In this document: positions 27,990 to 39,567 of the stretch, in pieces
Position numbering within the stretch: position 1 is the first letter of the stretch
How the letters are laid out: each line of letters opens with the position of its first letter
Program-made: the position numbers and the translations under genes
Notes under the pieces: model-generated
Database searches by the model: none
What the model was told of the DNA's origin: nothing
Seen by the model: the letters and a program-made list of their open reading frames with translations, nothing else
Source: Octopus bimaculoides
Lineage: Eukaryota
Length of the DNA: 64,000 bases
Reading direction: 5' to 3'
Assembly: GCF_001194135.2 (NCBI RefSeq)
Contig: NC_068997.1
Location: 10,703,195 to 10,767,194, forward strand

Positions 27990-28550
27990 TGTATGTCTCT
28001 TTAATATTTAATCATTTAAATACTTCCTCTAAAGATATAAAACTCCATCTTTGGAATATAGATCACGAAAAAATAATTAAGGATTCACAAAATATCTTTC
28101 AACTCCAAGCTAAAGCAATAGATCGTGATTTTTATGCTAGCACTATGTTTGTGCTTCTCCTTCTGTCTTTGTTTGTTTGTTTCTTTCTTTCTTTCTTCCA
28201 TATATATCTGTGTGTATCTACATGTACATGTGTGTGAGAGTGTTGTGTTCTTATGTGTGCACGTATATGCATGTGTATGCATGTGGATCCACACAAGACC
28301 ACATAATACATAGACTGAAAAATATTGTATGCTAGCCCACAAATCCATGAATATACACACAAAATACACACGAACTAAAACCATAAAATTACAAAAACTG
28401 AAAACTTTTGGCAACACTTTTTATCACTTCTTATTTTGAACTTGACAAAGAGAGACGTACTGTTGAAATATCGTTCAACTCATAAAATATCTTACAATCG
28501 AATTGCGCTCTTCGTCTTGAATATTATTATTATTATTGTTGTTGTTGTTG

Positions 28551-28873
28551 TTGAGTGAGAGAGCAGAGCATGCCATCAAAGTGACACTGGGGTAAAATAT
28601 ACGAAGCCCATTATACCCATCATGACTACCCTTATGATAAGGGTACACTAGGCACATGCATCACAACCATGTGTGCGCGACATGGTGATCTCATATCAAG
28701 ATAAACAGCGCATGACCTTGCAGTTGGGGTCCCAGTTAGAATTTTCTTCAAGTCGAGTAGCCTATTCCACTCAAAAGGTCCCTGAATAAGGTTTGCTTAA
28801 GGATGTTGAACAAAACAGCCATGTTTCCAAAGGTGAATTATTCAAATCTCAAAAAATTCCTCTCAACACATGG

Positions 28874-28875
<2 letters not shown>
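28551..28875 (+). repeat. Interspersed repeat family D (5' part), between (GTT)n and (TA)n
   Basis: GATAAGGGTACACTAGG...CATGGTGATCTCATATCAAGATAAACAG...GTTAGAATTTTCTT is shared with 23640-23930. Confidence 0.7.
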
Positions 28876-28912
<37 letters not shown>

Positions 28913-29308
28913 TGTGTGTGTGTCTATATATAATCAATAGTATAAGTCTGTATATAGATGTGCGTGTGAGTAAGTATACGTGTCCATATCTGTGGTTTAT
29001 CTTCGGGTGTATATATGTGTATGCATAGATACACATCTGTGTGCGTACAGAATCACTTGCTGTTATCAAGAAACTCTAACGTTTGTTTTAATGAATATTC
29101 ATGCTTTTGTCTTTTATATCCACGTGTATCTATCCATCTGTGTGTAACATTATGACTATGCATAGGTACATTTAAATGCCTTGTGCGCACGTACACACAC
29201 TCACACACATACACATATATATATATATGCATTCATGTGTATGCATATAAATATATGTGAGTTTAATATGTATGTATACATATATATTTGTACATAAGTA
29301 AATATACA

Positions 29309-29382
<74 letters not shown>

Positions 29383-29388
<6 letters not shown>

Positions 29389-29761
29389 GAGAATGGAGCA
29401 ACAAATACGAGAAGAGGCAGTTTTGTTGGGCTAGTTAGCCGTTGTTTTATTGTGTGGAGGTTGAGGTTATGTAGTGAGTCATTGTGAATGTTATGTAATA
29501 GTCATTTACGTACGTTTCAATCTAGCCAATGGTTTGGCAGATCTCATCAGAATGTTGAGGAGTATGTTGAGAGTTCGTGGTGCGAGGGATGTAGGAGAAG
29601 TGAATGGTGGGTATATTAATGTATATGGTGGTGTAATAATAGCGATAGCTAAAGAAAGCCTTACGTTTTAGTTGAAGTTGTGTTGGTCTTCCTGTAAGGG
29701 GATGTAGGATGTAGGATGTAGAACTGCTTCTTCTCGTATTTGTTACTCCATTCTCCACATA
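29383..29761 (-). mobile_element. Penelope-like element / retrozyme-like relic with inverted 40-bp ends and a (TA)n tail
   Basis: 29383-29422 and 29722-29761 are inverted copies (38/40 identical). The interval contains the canonical hammerhead, and the minus-strand 3' end runs into (TA)n at about 29310-29385. Confidence 0.6.
29503..29554 (-). ncRNA. Minimal type I hammerhead ribozyme motif (canonical core)
   Basis: Minus strand reads CAUU-CUGAUGA-GAUCUGCCAAACCAUUGGCUAGAUU-GAAA-CGUACG-UA-AAUG. Helix I is CAUU/AAUG. Core CUGAUGA is at 29544-29550. Helix II is 10 bp with one bulged U and an ACCA loop. GAAA is at 29515-29518. Helix III is the palindrome ACGUACGU, and the cleavage triplet is GUA (cut between 29507 and 29506). 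Confidence 0.85.
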
Positions 29762-30357
29762 AATAATTATAAACTACGGTTTAAGCAATAAATTACCTGC
29801 CTCTGGATGCCCTCTACCTAAGACGGTACCCGTACAGGTGATCCCCAGGAGTGCCTCCGGATTTAAACATCCTCTGGTTGCTTGGATGTATATATATATA
29901 GGTAAATGATAAGGCTGCCTCAANNNNNNNNNNNNNNNNNNNNNNNNNNNNNNNNNNNNNNNNNNNNNNNNNNNNNNNNNNNNNNNNNNNNNNNNNNNNN
30001 NNNNNNNNNNNNNNNNNNNNNNNNNNNNNNNNNNNNNNNNNNNNNNNNNNNNNNNNNNNNNNNNNNNNNNNNNNNNNNNNNNNNNNNNNNNNNNNNNNNN
30101 NNNNNNNNNNNNNNNNNNNNNNNNNNNNNNNNNNNNNNNNNNNNNNNNNNNNNNNNNNNNNNNNNNNNNNNNNNNNNNNNNNNNNNNNNNNNNNNNNNNN
30201 NNNNNNNNNNNNNNNNNNNNNNNNNNNNNNNNNNNNNNNNNNNNNNNNNNNNNNNNNNNNNNNNNNNNNNNNNNNNNNNNNNNNNNNNNNNNNNNNNNNN
30301 NNNNNNNNNNNNNNNNNNNNNNNNNNNNNNNNNNNNNNNNNNNNNNNNNNNNNNNNN

Positions 30358-30442
<85 letters not shown>

Positions 30443-30603
30443 AGTAGTGTTTTACGCCATCTAAACGAAGGTGTTTCCTACGAACCGACTATACTGATAT
30501 TTCAACTCCAGGAGGACGCCTCATTAACCTGGTTATTCAGTGCACTATGCGCCCGATGTATATTCCAAGCGGGGAGTGAACTCCCTATTACTTTACCCCG
30601 CGG

Positions 30604-30652
30604 TCACCAGACCGTACGGTTTCAATCTCGTTATGGTCAACCTCGGTGATGA
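30604..30652 (-). ncRNA. Degenerate hammerhead motif
   Basis: UCAUCA-CCGAGGU-UGACCAUAACGAGAUU-GAAA-CCGUACGG-UC-UGGUGA. Helix I (6 bp), GAAA, the palindrome ACCGUACGGU and a GUC triplet are intact. The core and the 5' strand of helix II are damaged. It shares AGAUUGAAAC with the 29.5 kb motif. Confidence 0.5.
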
Positions 30653-30957
30653 ATACTTGTCCCCTACACATAGCAGTAGCTCACTCCCGCTGGCAATATA
30701 TAAATATATATGTCAAGGACAGCTACTGATCTTGCAACTAGCAAACTGGCTACTAAAGAAAATCAATAAAAGACATGAAAGTAGTATTTATACTGAGATG
30801 TCTAACTCCACCTAAACACTGGTATTCCCCAGGAAATGAAGATACTGCTATTTTGAGCAAGGAGGACGCCTCCTCTAGCTGATTATTGACTGCACTCTGC
30901 ATTCGATATGTATTGGAGTTATAAATACTTATCAGTACAAATACTGCTTTCATTTCT

Positions 30958-30989
<32 letters not shown>

Positions 30990-30991
30990 TA

Positions 30992-31694
30992 NNNNNNNNN
31001 NNNNNNNNNNNNNNNNNNNNNNNNNNNNNNNNNNNNNNNNNNNNNNNNNNNNNNNNNNNNNNNNNNNNNNNNNNNNNNNNNNNNNNNNNNNNNNNNNNNN
31101 NNNNNNNNNNNNNNNNNNNNNNNNNNNNNNNNNNNNNNNNNNNNNNNNNNNNNNNNNNNNNNNNNNNNNNNNNNNNNNNNNNNNNNNNNNNNNNNNNNNN
31201 NNNNNNNNNNNNNNNNNNNNNNNNNNNNNNNNNNNNNNNNNNNNNNNNNNNNNNNNNNNNNNNNNNNNNNNNNNNNNNNNNNNNNNNNNNNNNNNNNNNN
31301 NNNNNNNNNNNNNNNNNNNNNNNNNNNNNNNNNNNNNNNNNNNNNNNNNNNNNNNNNNNNNNNNNNNNNNNNNNNNNNNNNNNNNNNNNNNNNNNNNNNN
31401 NNNNNNNNNNNNNNNNNNNNNNNNNNNNNNNNNNNNNNNNNNNNNNNNNNNNNNNNNNNNNNNNNNNNNNNNNNNNNNNNNNNNNNNNNNNNNNNNNNNN
31501 NNNNNNNNNNNNNNNNNNNNNNNNNNNNNNNNNNNNNNNNNNNNNNNNNNNNNNNNNNNNNNNNNNNNNNNNNNNNNNNNNNNNNNNNNNNNNNNNNNNN
31601 NNNNNNNNNNNNNNNNNNNNNNNNNNNNNNNNNNNNNNNNNNNNNNNNNNNNNNNNNNNNNNNNNNNNNNNNNNNNNNNNNNNNNNNNNNNNNN
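30992..31694. other. Assembly gap (N run), one of 11
   Basis: Other gaps: 4136-4507, 12137-12212, 27152-27411, 29924-30357, 32420-32526, 43669-44362, 48300-48652, 53668-53968, 55306-55315, 56655-57310. Confidence 0.99.
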
Positions 31695-31753
31695 CTCGAG
31701 GGCCTGAAGGCTCAAAACTTTTCATACAGCCCTCGTAGAAATATAATAATAAC

Positions 31754-31809
<56 letters not shown>

Positions 31810-32365
31810 GATGAGTATCATAATCAATAAAGGAAGGTAATTTATAAAAAAGGATAATAGAAGTAAAGCAAGAGTAATGCAAACGTCAATGCTATTGCAA
31901 AAAAAAGAGAAAAAAAGAAAAACAACAACAAAAAAAACAAAAACAAAGCAAAGGAAAACTCCAATCAAATTCGAATTCATTTGCATTGGCCGCAATACAC
32001 ACAATGAGGAAATAATATAGTGAAATATTTCAGTATTCTCTTATAACCATTGAAAGTAAAGTTTAAGAAGGAAACGAAAACATTAATAACTTAAGACGAA
32101 AGAAATTCATTGAGGTTTTCAATGAAACAGAGAAGTAATATCGTCAACATGTGAATTGTTCTGGTCTAGCTTATTGGACCCTAAAGGTTAATAATATTAC
32201 CGTGAAGACAGTATTACAAACGTAAAGAGTCACTGAGCCAGAAAATCGAAAGCGATGTATGAGTGTATGATATTAGTTTTCCAATCTTCTCAAAATGATG
32301 TATTAAATCGATAGATCTGCACACATGTTTGTGTGTATGTGCGTTTGTGTAAATGTAGTAGACAC

Positions 32366-32419
<54 letters not shown>

Positions 32420-35400
32420 NNNNNNNNNNNNNNNNNNNNNNNNNNNNNNNNNNNNNNNNNNNNNNNNNNNNNNNNNNNNNNNNNNNNNNNNNNNNNNNNN
32501 NNNNNNNNNNNNNNNNNNNNNNNNNNTATATAGCCACAAGTACTCACATATATGTTTCCCCATGTCATCACACTGATTCATTGCTATTACGAGTGCTCCC
32601 CTCTCGATTAATATCTGCTGTTTATCACAATATTGGTAAATGTATCATCTTTGTATCATATTCATCTTTTATTGTTCAATGTTTTCTATTTGTTATGCAA
32701 TTATATAGTATCTATCTAAGAAAACTTTCAACATCAGAGTGAACCGATATCAGTATTATTGAACTGACGTCATATCCAGAGCAACATAATCTTCAAAATG
32801 ACTATAGCAAAATGTGTAATGAATCAGAAAGCAACCTAGATTCCTCAAAGCATTAAAGATTTATTGCCCAAATACTATAAAGCTATGTCCGAATTTGTCG
32901 ATGTACTTGACAAAATAAACCGAACGCTTTTCTAGTTGCCTGCTTGTATTTAATTTATCCCTGTGTCCATAAGAAATACTTACTCAAAACAAATACCGCA
33001 GTGTATGGTGTTTTCATAGTGCGCCTGTGAAGCTAGAAGTAAAAACTGATGAATTTTAAATTAAATTAAATTTAAATGTGCATAATTTATGATACTAAGA
33101 TTGAATTTTCATACAAGCCTGAAGCAACGTCGGGAAAACTTCTCAAATGTATCCATCCTTTGTATTATGATAGAAAAGCGAAAAATTGTCGGCGTTTTCG
33201 GATTATTATTCAACGCAAGATTTATGTGAAATCGTAGTTGTTCGATTTGATAGGGTATCGAACAACCAATCGCAGTTTATAACTTATTCGTGACATTGAA
33301 AGGAAGTCAGCATCCAAAAACTGAGTCTACGCCTACTGGCAGGTAGAATTGTCTGTTACTAGTTGTTGAATACAAAATTTGATTGGTTAGTGAATGTTTT
33401 GTTGGACTGGAATACTGAATCCAAGACCTTTCCATGTCTGGAGAAGAACGTGGAACGTTAAAAATGATACAGATGTATTTGTTTCTTTAATCAATTTACA
33501 AATATCGTGTTTTCCTTAGCACACCAACAATCCAATATGTTTAAGGTGACCTGGTACAAATCATTAATTTTCTTGTTGGTTGTCCGATATTCTGTTATGA
33601 GTGAGAACTATTAACAACAAATATTTACACTATGGCATATCGCTTCCCGCCGCTAAAATCGTTTTACACATTGCTATTATGTAAGAAATCAAAATCGGAA
33701 CGTAATCTCAATTGATGGTTTCATTCGTCCACGAACATTGCGATGTAATATGATGATACTGTTTCGCTTATATTGTGTAACAGTGTCTGCTTCAGGTTAC
33801 ATGAGAGGAAATTCAAATAAAAAAACTTTAGGAATGATAGCATCATACGAAGTAGATTTCTATTATTTCATTTACTTTATGCAATAAGCCAATAGGAAGC
33901 ACTGTTGGTCTGCGTGTCAATGCAGTACGCGAACGAAAATTCGTTTGGTTGTTGTTAATTCCTGTGCGGAAAGGGAAGTGTGGTCAGTCCATGTTAATGT
34001 GTTAATGTCCAGTTTAGTTTACTTACAGCTATTCAATTTATAAGAATAGACGTTATGTTAGGTAATGTGAAATAGAGAAAAGAAGAAAATAAAGTATTGC
34101 CAAATGGCTTTATTATTACTGAATGAGTCAGAGAGAGAGAGAGAGAGATTGAAAGATATAAAAACATACAAAGCGAGAGTACGGTTAGCTGCTAGAATTA
34201 ATGGAATATCTGTTGCTATATATGTTTGTGAGAAGTTGGCAGTAAAACGGGTAACAACCTGTATGTTTCGTATTGCCATCCAACGAGTGTATTTTCTGTT
34301 TTAATGGCTTAGTTAAAGAAGAAAAAATAGTGACCTGAAACCAGTTCAAGTTCTGTGAGGCTTTTAAGAATAAAGGGATAACTTATCTTAAGAACGTTGA
34401 CCGGACCAGATAACTGAGTTAAATTACACCGCGCAAAATGACATACACCGAAGAATCAGAATAATTCATCCTTTTCTAACAGGTCTCTTGACAGTTTTCA
34501 TCTACTAAATTTTGATCACAAGGTTTAGTAGACTAATTCTACGGTTAACACAACTGCCCAACACGTGCGACACAGGTAGAGCGAATCCTAAAACACATTA
34601 CTAGGAACAGAACTTCTTAGCCTCAGTCCTAGAGTCCATAGCATAAGCACTAGGTAATTCACTGGATTCCATTCATTCCAATTTACTCTTGGCATCTAGG
34701 AATATATCAATCACGTTTACAAATAGATGAATTTGAATTGCTATTGTTGAAAATTTACTTCAGTTGTTCATAATTCTATGAAAGTCCTAATATTATTCTA
34801 TTCCATTATGTGACATTTCGTGTAGCATGGTATGAAACCAAGGACTGTATTGAACTAAGCATCGAAGTTCTAATTCAGAATGACAAAAAACTAATGAGAT
34901 GGTTTAAATTTAATGATACCAAGCTACATGGATATAAATTCGTTAGAAGCTTCTCAAAAGTTTTACTTCTCGAAACTTGTAATATACACAAGACAATCTG
35001 TTCCCAGTCGAAATTAAGAAAATTTCGTATCCAATCAGCTGTAAGTTTAATATTCCTATTGCACTCGACTCCACAATCGTAATTATACGCAAGGTTTTCC
35101 TTATAAAATCATTAACGAAAGCAATGAAGAGGTATGCTCTTGTGTGATTTACATGATAACTATATGAAGAAATGAGTTCCTATAAATAGGTGACGCGAAA
35201 AATGTACGCGGATTTCAATGACTGATAGTGACAAATAGGAAACAATTTAGTAATTAGAGTTGTTTAATGAACGATCAAAGCAGTACTTGAATGGGAAATT
35301 GATAGTATTTGACAGAATGATTACTGAGTTTGGAAGATTAGAGTTAAGGTCGCGGGGAGTTGAATGTGTGGTCTAAATTTCTCAAACTACATTTTACCAT

Positions 35401-35754
35401 TTCCAGCAACGTCAAGTTCACTGGACAAGATAATTTGTCTATGTAATTACTCGAATTGCACTTTAACAACAGTCATAATTTATGTGCATGTTTGATGCTT
35501 TTGAGAAGAAAATGAATGTCACAAAATTCCCTGAAAGCTAATATTCTAAACTATAAAACAAAATCAAAGAAAAATTTGGGCAGTTTGACTTGGTAAAATG
35601 AGTCCATAGAAAGTTTGTAGAAAAGGTGAGCTGATTTGAGAAAAGGAGTGAAAAATAAAACGCTTCGGTATCTTGTCCGTCTTCAGAGAAAGGGTTGAAA
35701 GAGAAAGAGGTTCGAAAAAAGAAAAAAACATGGCTGAGGAGGCGAGCGAGAACA

Positions 35755-35795
35755 AGGAAGTGACTATATAAAAGTGAAACAAGTCTTATTGCTTT
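35755..35795 (+). promoter_or_regulatory. Candidate TATA-box promoter
   Basis: TATATAAAAG at 35765-35774, just after an ETS-like GGAAGT and a purine/GC-richer island. Motif evidence only. Confidence 0.2.
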
Positions 35796-36124
35796 GGTGG
35801 CAAAATTGATCACGTATTCATTTAGGCGTGGAATATTTTAAACTAACATAATTTATTATAGCTATTTTATTAAAGAATATGGTCTCCAAATATTTTTATG
35901 AATTATTCAGAATGTGCAAAAATGAGAAAAAGTCGATTTGAAAATAATTTGATTCTTTTTATATTAATTTGTTAATATTGAAAAACGATCAGGGTCAGAG
36001 GCTTTCGAAGACGCGTATAAAATTGTTATTTTAATTTGTGGTTACATTTGCGTCTTTAACAGACTGAAGAACATAGTTTTAAATTTTTAAAAAAGAAATG
36101 TTGCTTACATATTGAAATTTTCTA

Positions 36125-36330
36125 CTATATGTACCAAGTCTAAAGGTTGTTGGGTGGGAGCCAGTCGATTACAATGACCCCAGATATCAACGGACACATA
36201 TTTTATCGAGGTCGAAAGAATGAAAAGCAAAGTCAACATGGGCGGAATTTGAACTCAAAACATAAAAGCCGAACGAAATAACCGACAAATGTTTGTCCGA
36301 TGCGCTAACAATTCTTAGAATTCGCCGCTT
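36125..36330 (-). mobile_element. SINE family B copy
   Basis: AGTCGATTACAATGACCCC...GGCGGAATTTGAACTCAAAAC. Confidence 0.75.
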
Positions 36331-36529
36331 TAAATTTAATCAATATAATACATTTCAAATGTAAATGGAATGTATCTATATAAAAATATAAAAAGAAATG
36401 CAGCTTCTACGGGTCCCTTAACATAATAGTATTCTTGATAAAAATATAAATAAAAATGTTTTTACTTCAAAAAGGAAAGAAAAATCTCTGTTTGGAATGC
36501 ACCGAAATTTTCGGCACTTATTCTTTAAA

Positions 36530-38100
36530 GTGATGATGATATAAGAAATAAAAGTGTGATATCGAGGAGTTGTGTCAGAGACGGCAAGAATCCAGTGAGC
36601 AATGATGTGAGTCGTGGAGTGGTTGTCCGATGTGGGAGGGTGTAAAGTATAAGGGGGACAGTGGTCACAGCCTGTAACAAGATCTATGTAAGTTGAAATG
36701 ACAAGGAGGTAGTGAGGTCCAGGTCAGGGAAGATACGGATACAAGAGCAAGGACCTAGAAGGACATAGACCAAGGACGCAATGGACAAAGAACACATATT
36801 TTCAATAATGAAGTTGCACAAAGATTGTGGGAAAAAGGAATAGGGAAATGAAAAGTGTTTGTAGTCATTTGAAATATCTACAATGTGGTCATAACTCAAT
36901 GAGATTCTTGCATATGTAAAATGTTGGAATAATAAAATCAAAAATATCTATAGAAGTAAAGAAAAAATGTCAGGTAGGATTTGATGCGAGTTGAAAAGAA
37001 AGAAGAGGACTGAGATAACGGTTTGTAATTTAGTCAAAAGGTGTATTATTTTGGGAAGTAGAGGGTTAGTTGCTACTATTGACGCCATTATGTGATCAGT
37101 AATTATTTTATGTATCCAGGAATGACATGACAGAAGGCAAAGTTGATCCGGGAGGCATTTAAGCTGGAAATGTAATAAAACAGTTATTTTCCCGAAACGC
37201 CTAGGATGGAGCCAATGCGGAACGTTCGGGAGTTGAAATAATATAGACAAGACAGACAACACACAACTAACAACAAGCATTGCACGTTTGACACTTATGG
37301 TTATGAACAATTGTATGCACAATAATTTTACATAACTCGTACGACAAAACAAAACGTGTTTTGTTACATAAACGAAGAGTTTATAAAAACACGATGCAAA
37401 CGGGAACAGTTTTTAGGCTGAAAAAAGAATAAAAGTGCAATGCAGGTTCAGTGTGTATTAAGGCCCTATGAGGGGGAAAAATATCGCGATTAAACTTAAG
37501 GCATTGCTTTTGGGGTTTTTGGATTTCCCAGTGCCAAAAGTCTTCAGGAACACTACAGACCGAAAGTGGTCAGATGCAGAAGGCGAGAGAGATTGATAGG
37601 CGATGGGTTTGAGGACTTTCTGAGAATTGTTACGAATCTTCAGTAAATGATCGCGAGCCCTTTCCGAAATGGCGACGTACACTGCAACGCTTTGATAGCA
37701 ATGAAGTACATTAATTAAGACGGGGAAAAATGTGGAGACGACACTGACTCTGGACTTGGTGTCTACAAGAGTATTTGTATGAGAAATGAGAGTGAAAATT
37801 AGCGCAGCTATTTCAGGAATATGTGCAAGTGCCAGACTGATGGTGTATAGGGGGATTGAAAGGAAGTACATACTAGAAGGCCGCGGAGATTTATATAATT
37901 TTGAAGAATATGAGTTGAAGCTCCGAAAATAATTGGAGTATTTGTGGGTACGGATAGGTGAAAAGGAATGTTGTGGAGCTACATAGTGGCAGGGTTGAAC
38001 ATGGAGGTAGATGGAGTTCGGAAACTTTAAAAGGAGAGTGTAAAACATGTAGTACGGTCCCCTTTCTAAAATTTCACTTTTCTTCTGCGCCTTCCATTCT
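36530..38100 (-). pseudogene. Highly decayed L1/Tx1-like LINE ORF2 3' portion
   Basis: RGLL/LSIPLYTISL across a frameshift (cf. RGxxQGCPLSxxLY), SERARDHLLKIRNNSQ (cf. ERASGxxINxxKS). Strand-asymmetric composition, with a pyrimidine-rich 3' UTR-like end near 36.5 kb. Confidence 0.5.
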
Positions 38101-38484
38101 TTATCCTAGTAGTTGTACTGGGAGTTTCTCGTATTTTTGGCACTCCTATATGCATTATGAGTCTTCCCTGTTTTCTCCGTTGCTTCCTTTTCAATGTTGC
38201 TCTCTGCTTCTTTGCTATTTACATCTCATTATACCAAGTGGAGTCAAGTCAGCACATTACCCTATCTGATGTTGTCTCTAATGGCAATGGTTTGCCGGAA
38301 ACATATCTTTGATCAGGCAACAGGTTTGATTATATTTGAATACATTAGATTTTTGTTTGAAAGTCCTATAATATTGAAGGCCTTTTTGATAATCTAAAAC
38401 CACTTTTAATTCCCAGCCGCTACAATTTTCAAAGCCAGGCACAGTCCATGCATGTTAGGTGTGTATTATTACTAAACATAAAGA

Positions 38485-38685
38485 ACGCAATGAGCTGCCA
38501 GAACAGTAAGCAAGTCGGAAAAAAGATTAGCGGCGTTTTGTCCGTCTTTACGTTCTGAGTTCAAATTCCACCGAGGTCGACTTTGACTTTCATTCTTTCG
38601 GGGTTCAGTAAAATAAGTAGCAACTGAGTACTGGGGTTGATGTAATCGACTGGCCCCCACTCACAAAATTTCATACCTTGTGCCT
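38485..38685 (+). mobile_element. SINE family B copy
   Basis: GAGCTGCCAGAAC...CGTTCTGAGTTCAAATTCCACCGAGGTCGACTTTG...TGTAATCGACT. Confidence 0.8.
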
Positions 38686-38789
38686 ATTTATTACTAAACT
38701 AAAACCAATGTAATTGATAATGTATATGTTTAGCATAGTAAAGGGTAAAGAATAAAGACTCCTTCGGTTATGGATGACCATGGGATTGC

Positions 38790-39027
38790 ACATAGAACGT
38801 TCCCCTTCAAGACACAAGTCTGCGAAAGATCTTTTATGGACGGCTAGCAGTTTCCCATGCATACCGTCTCATCTCTCCACGCGACCCGCATGTTATCCAA
38901 GTGAACTGGGGCGACGTAAAAATAAACTGCCTTGCTCAAGAGCACAACAAACAGCTCGGTCAAGGAATCGAACACACTAGCTCATGAGTGTGAGCCTGAC
39001 GCGCTAACCACTGTGCCGTGCGGCTTT
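38790..39027 (-). mobile_element. tRNA-derived SINE, related to the 5900 copy
   Basis: Minus strand: A-box-like GGCACAGTGG, B box GTTCGATTCC (38964-38973), core GCTCTTGAGCAAGGCAGT. Confidence 0.75.
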
Positions 39028-39468
39028 ACATGCATAGTAACTTAGTAGCAACGTTTAAACAGCAGCAAAATTAAGAGTTTTTCGTCATCAAAATATAATC
39101 TGCCATTTATTCTACAATATGGTATCGGTTAACGGTTCGTCAGAGATATATTAAGAGCTAAATGAACAGTACAGGCACAGTGACCTGGTACGAACCAGTG
39201 ATTCTCCTGCCTGCTATGTTCGATACGCAGTCGAGTATGATCGTTGATTATAGTTCTCATGTATACCATAACCTAACACTTCTTGCTGTTGGCATATTTT
39301 ATATTGTGCCACTATGTACGAAATTAAACATCAAGTGAATGGTGAAGTAAATTACGCAGAGTAACGATAACCTCTCTGGGAGCTGTATCAGCTTGTTGGT
39401 TTCCAGTCTGATTGTAATCATGTATAATATTACTTTGCTTGTCACGGCATTCGTGTTTTGTATTTCAG

Positions 39469-39567
39469 ACAACGTTAACTCTGGAATGAAACTGAAGATG
39501 TAATGAAAATCTTTAACACTGGGAAAGAATGTTATGAAAATCTATACCTTTATGCATTAAAAACAAA
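39469..39567 (+). other. Candidate exon
   Basis: Acceptor GTGTTTTGTATTTCAG (AG at 39467-39468) and donor AA|GTAAGA (39568). One frame is open from an ATG to the donor (MKIFNTGKECYENLYLYALKT). Confidence 0.25.

Noticed and set aside
31695-31740. 7-bp stem CGAGGGC/GCCCTCG enclosing CTGAAGG, resembling a hammerhead, upstream of (AAT)n
   Set aside because: A9 is wrong, and there is no helix II, GAAA or UH triplet. More likely a retroelement 3' UTR hairpin; its upstream part is hidden in the gap.
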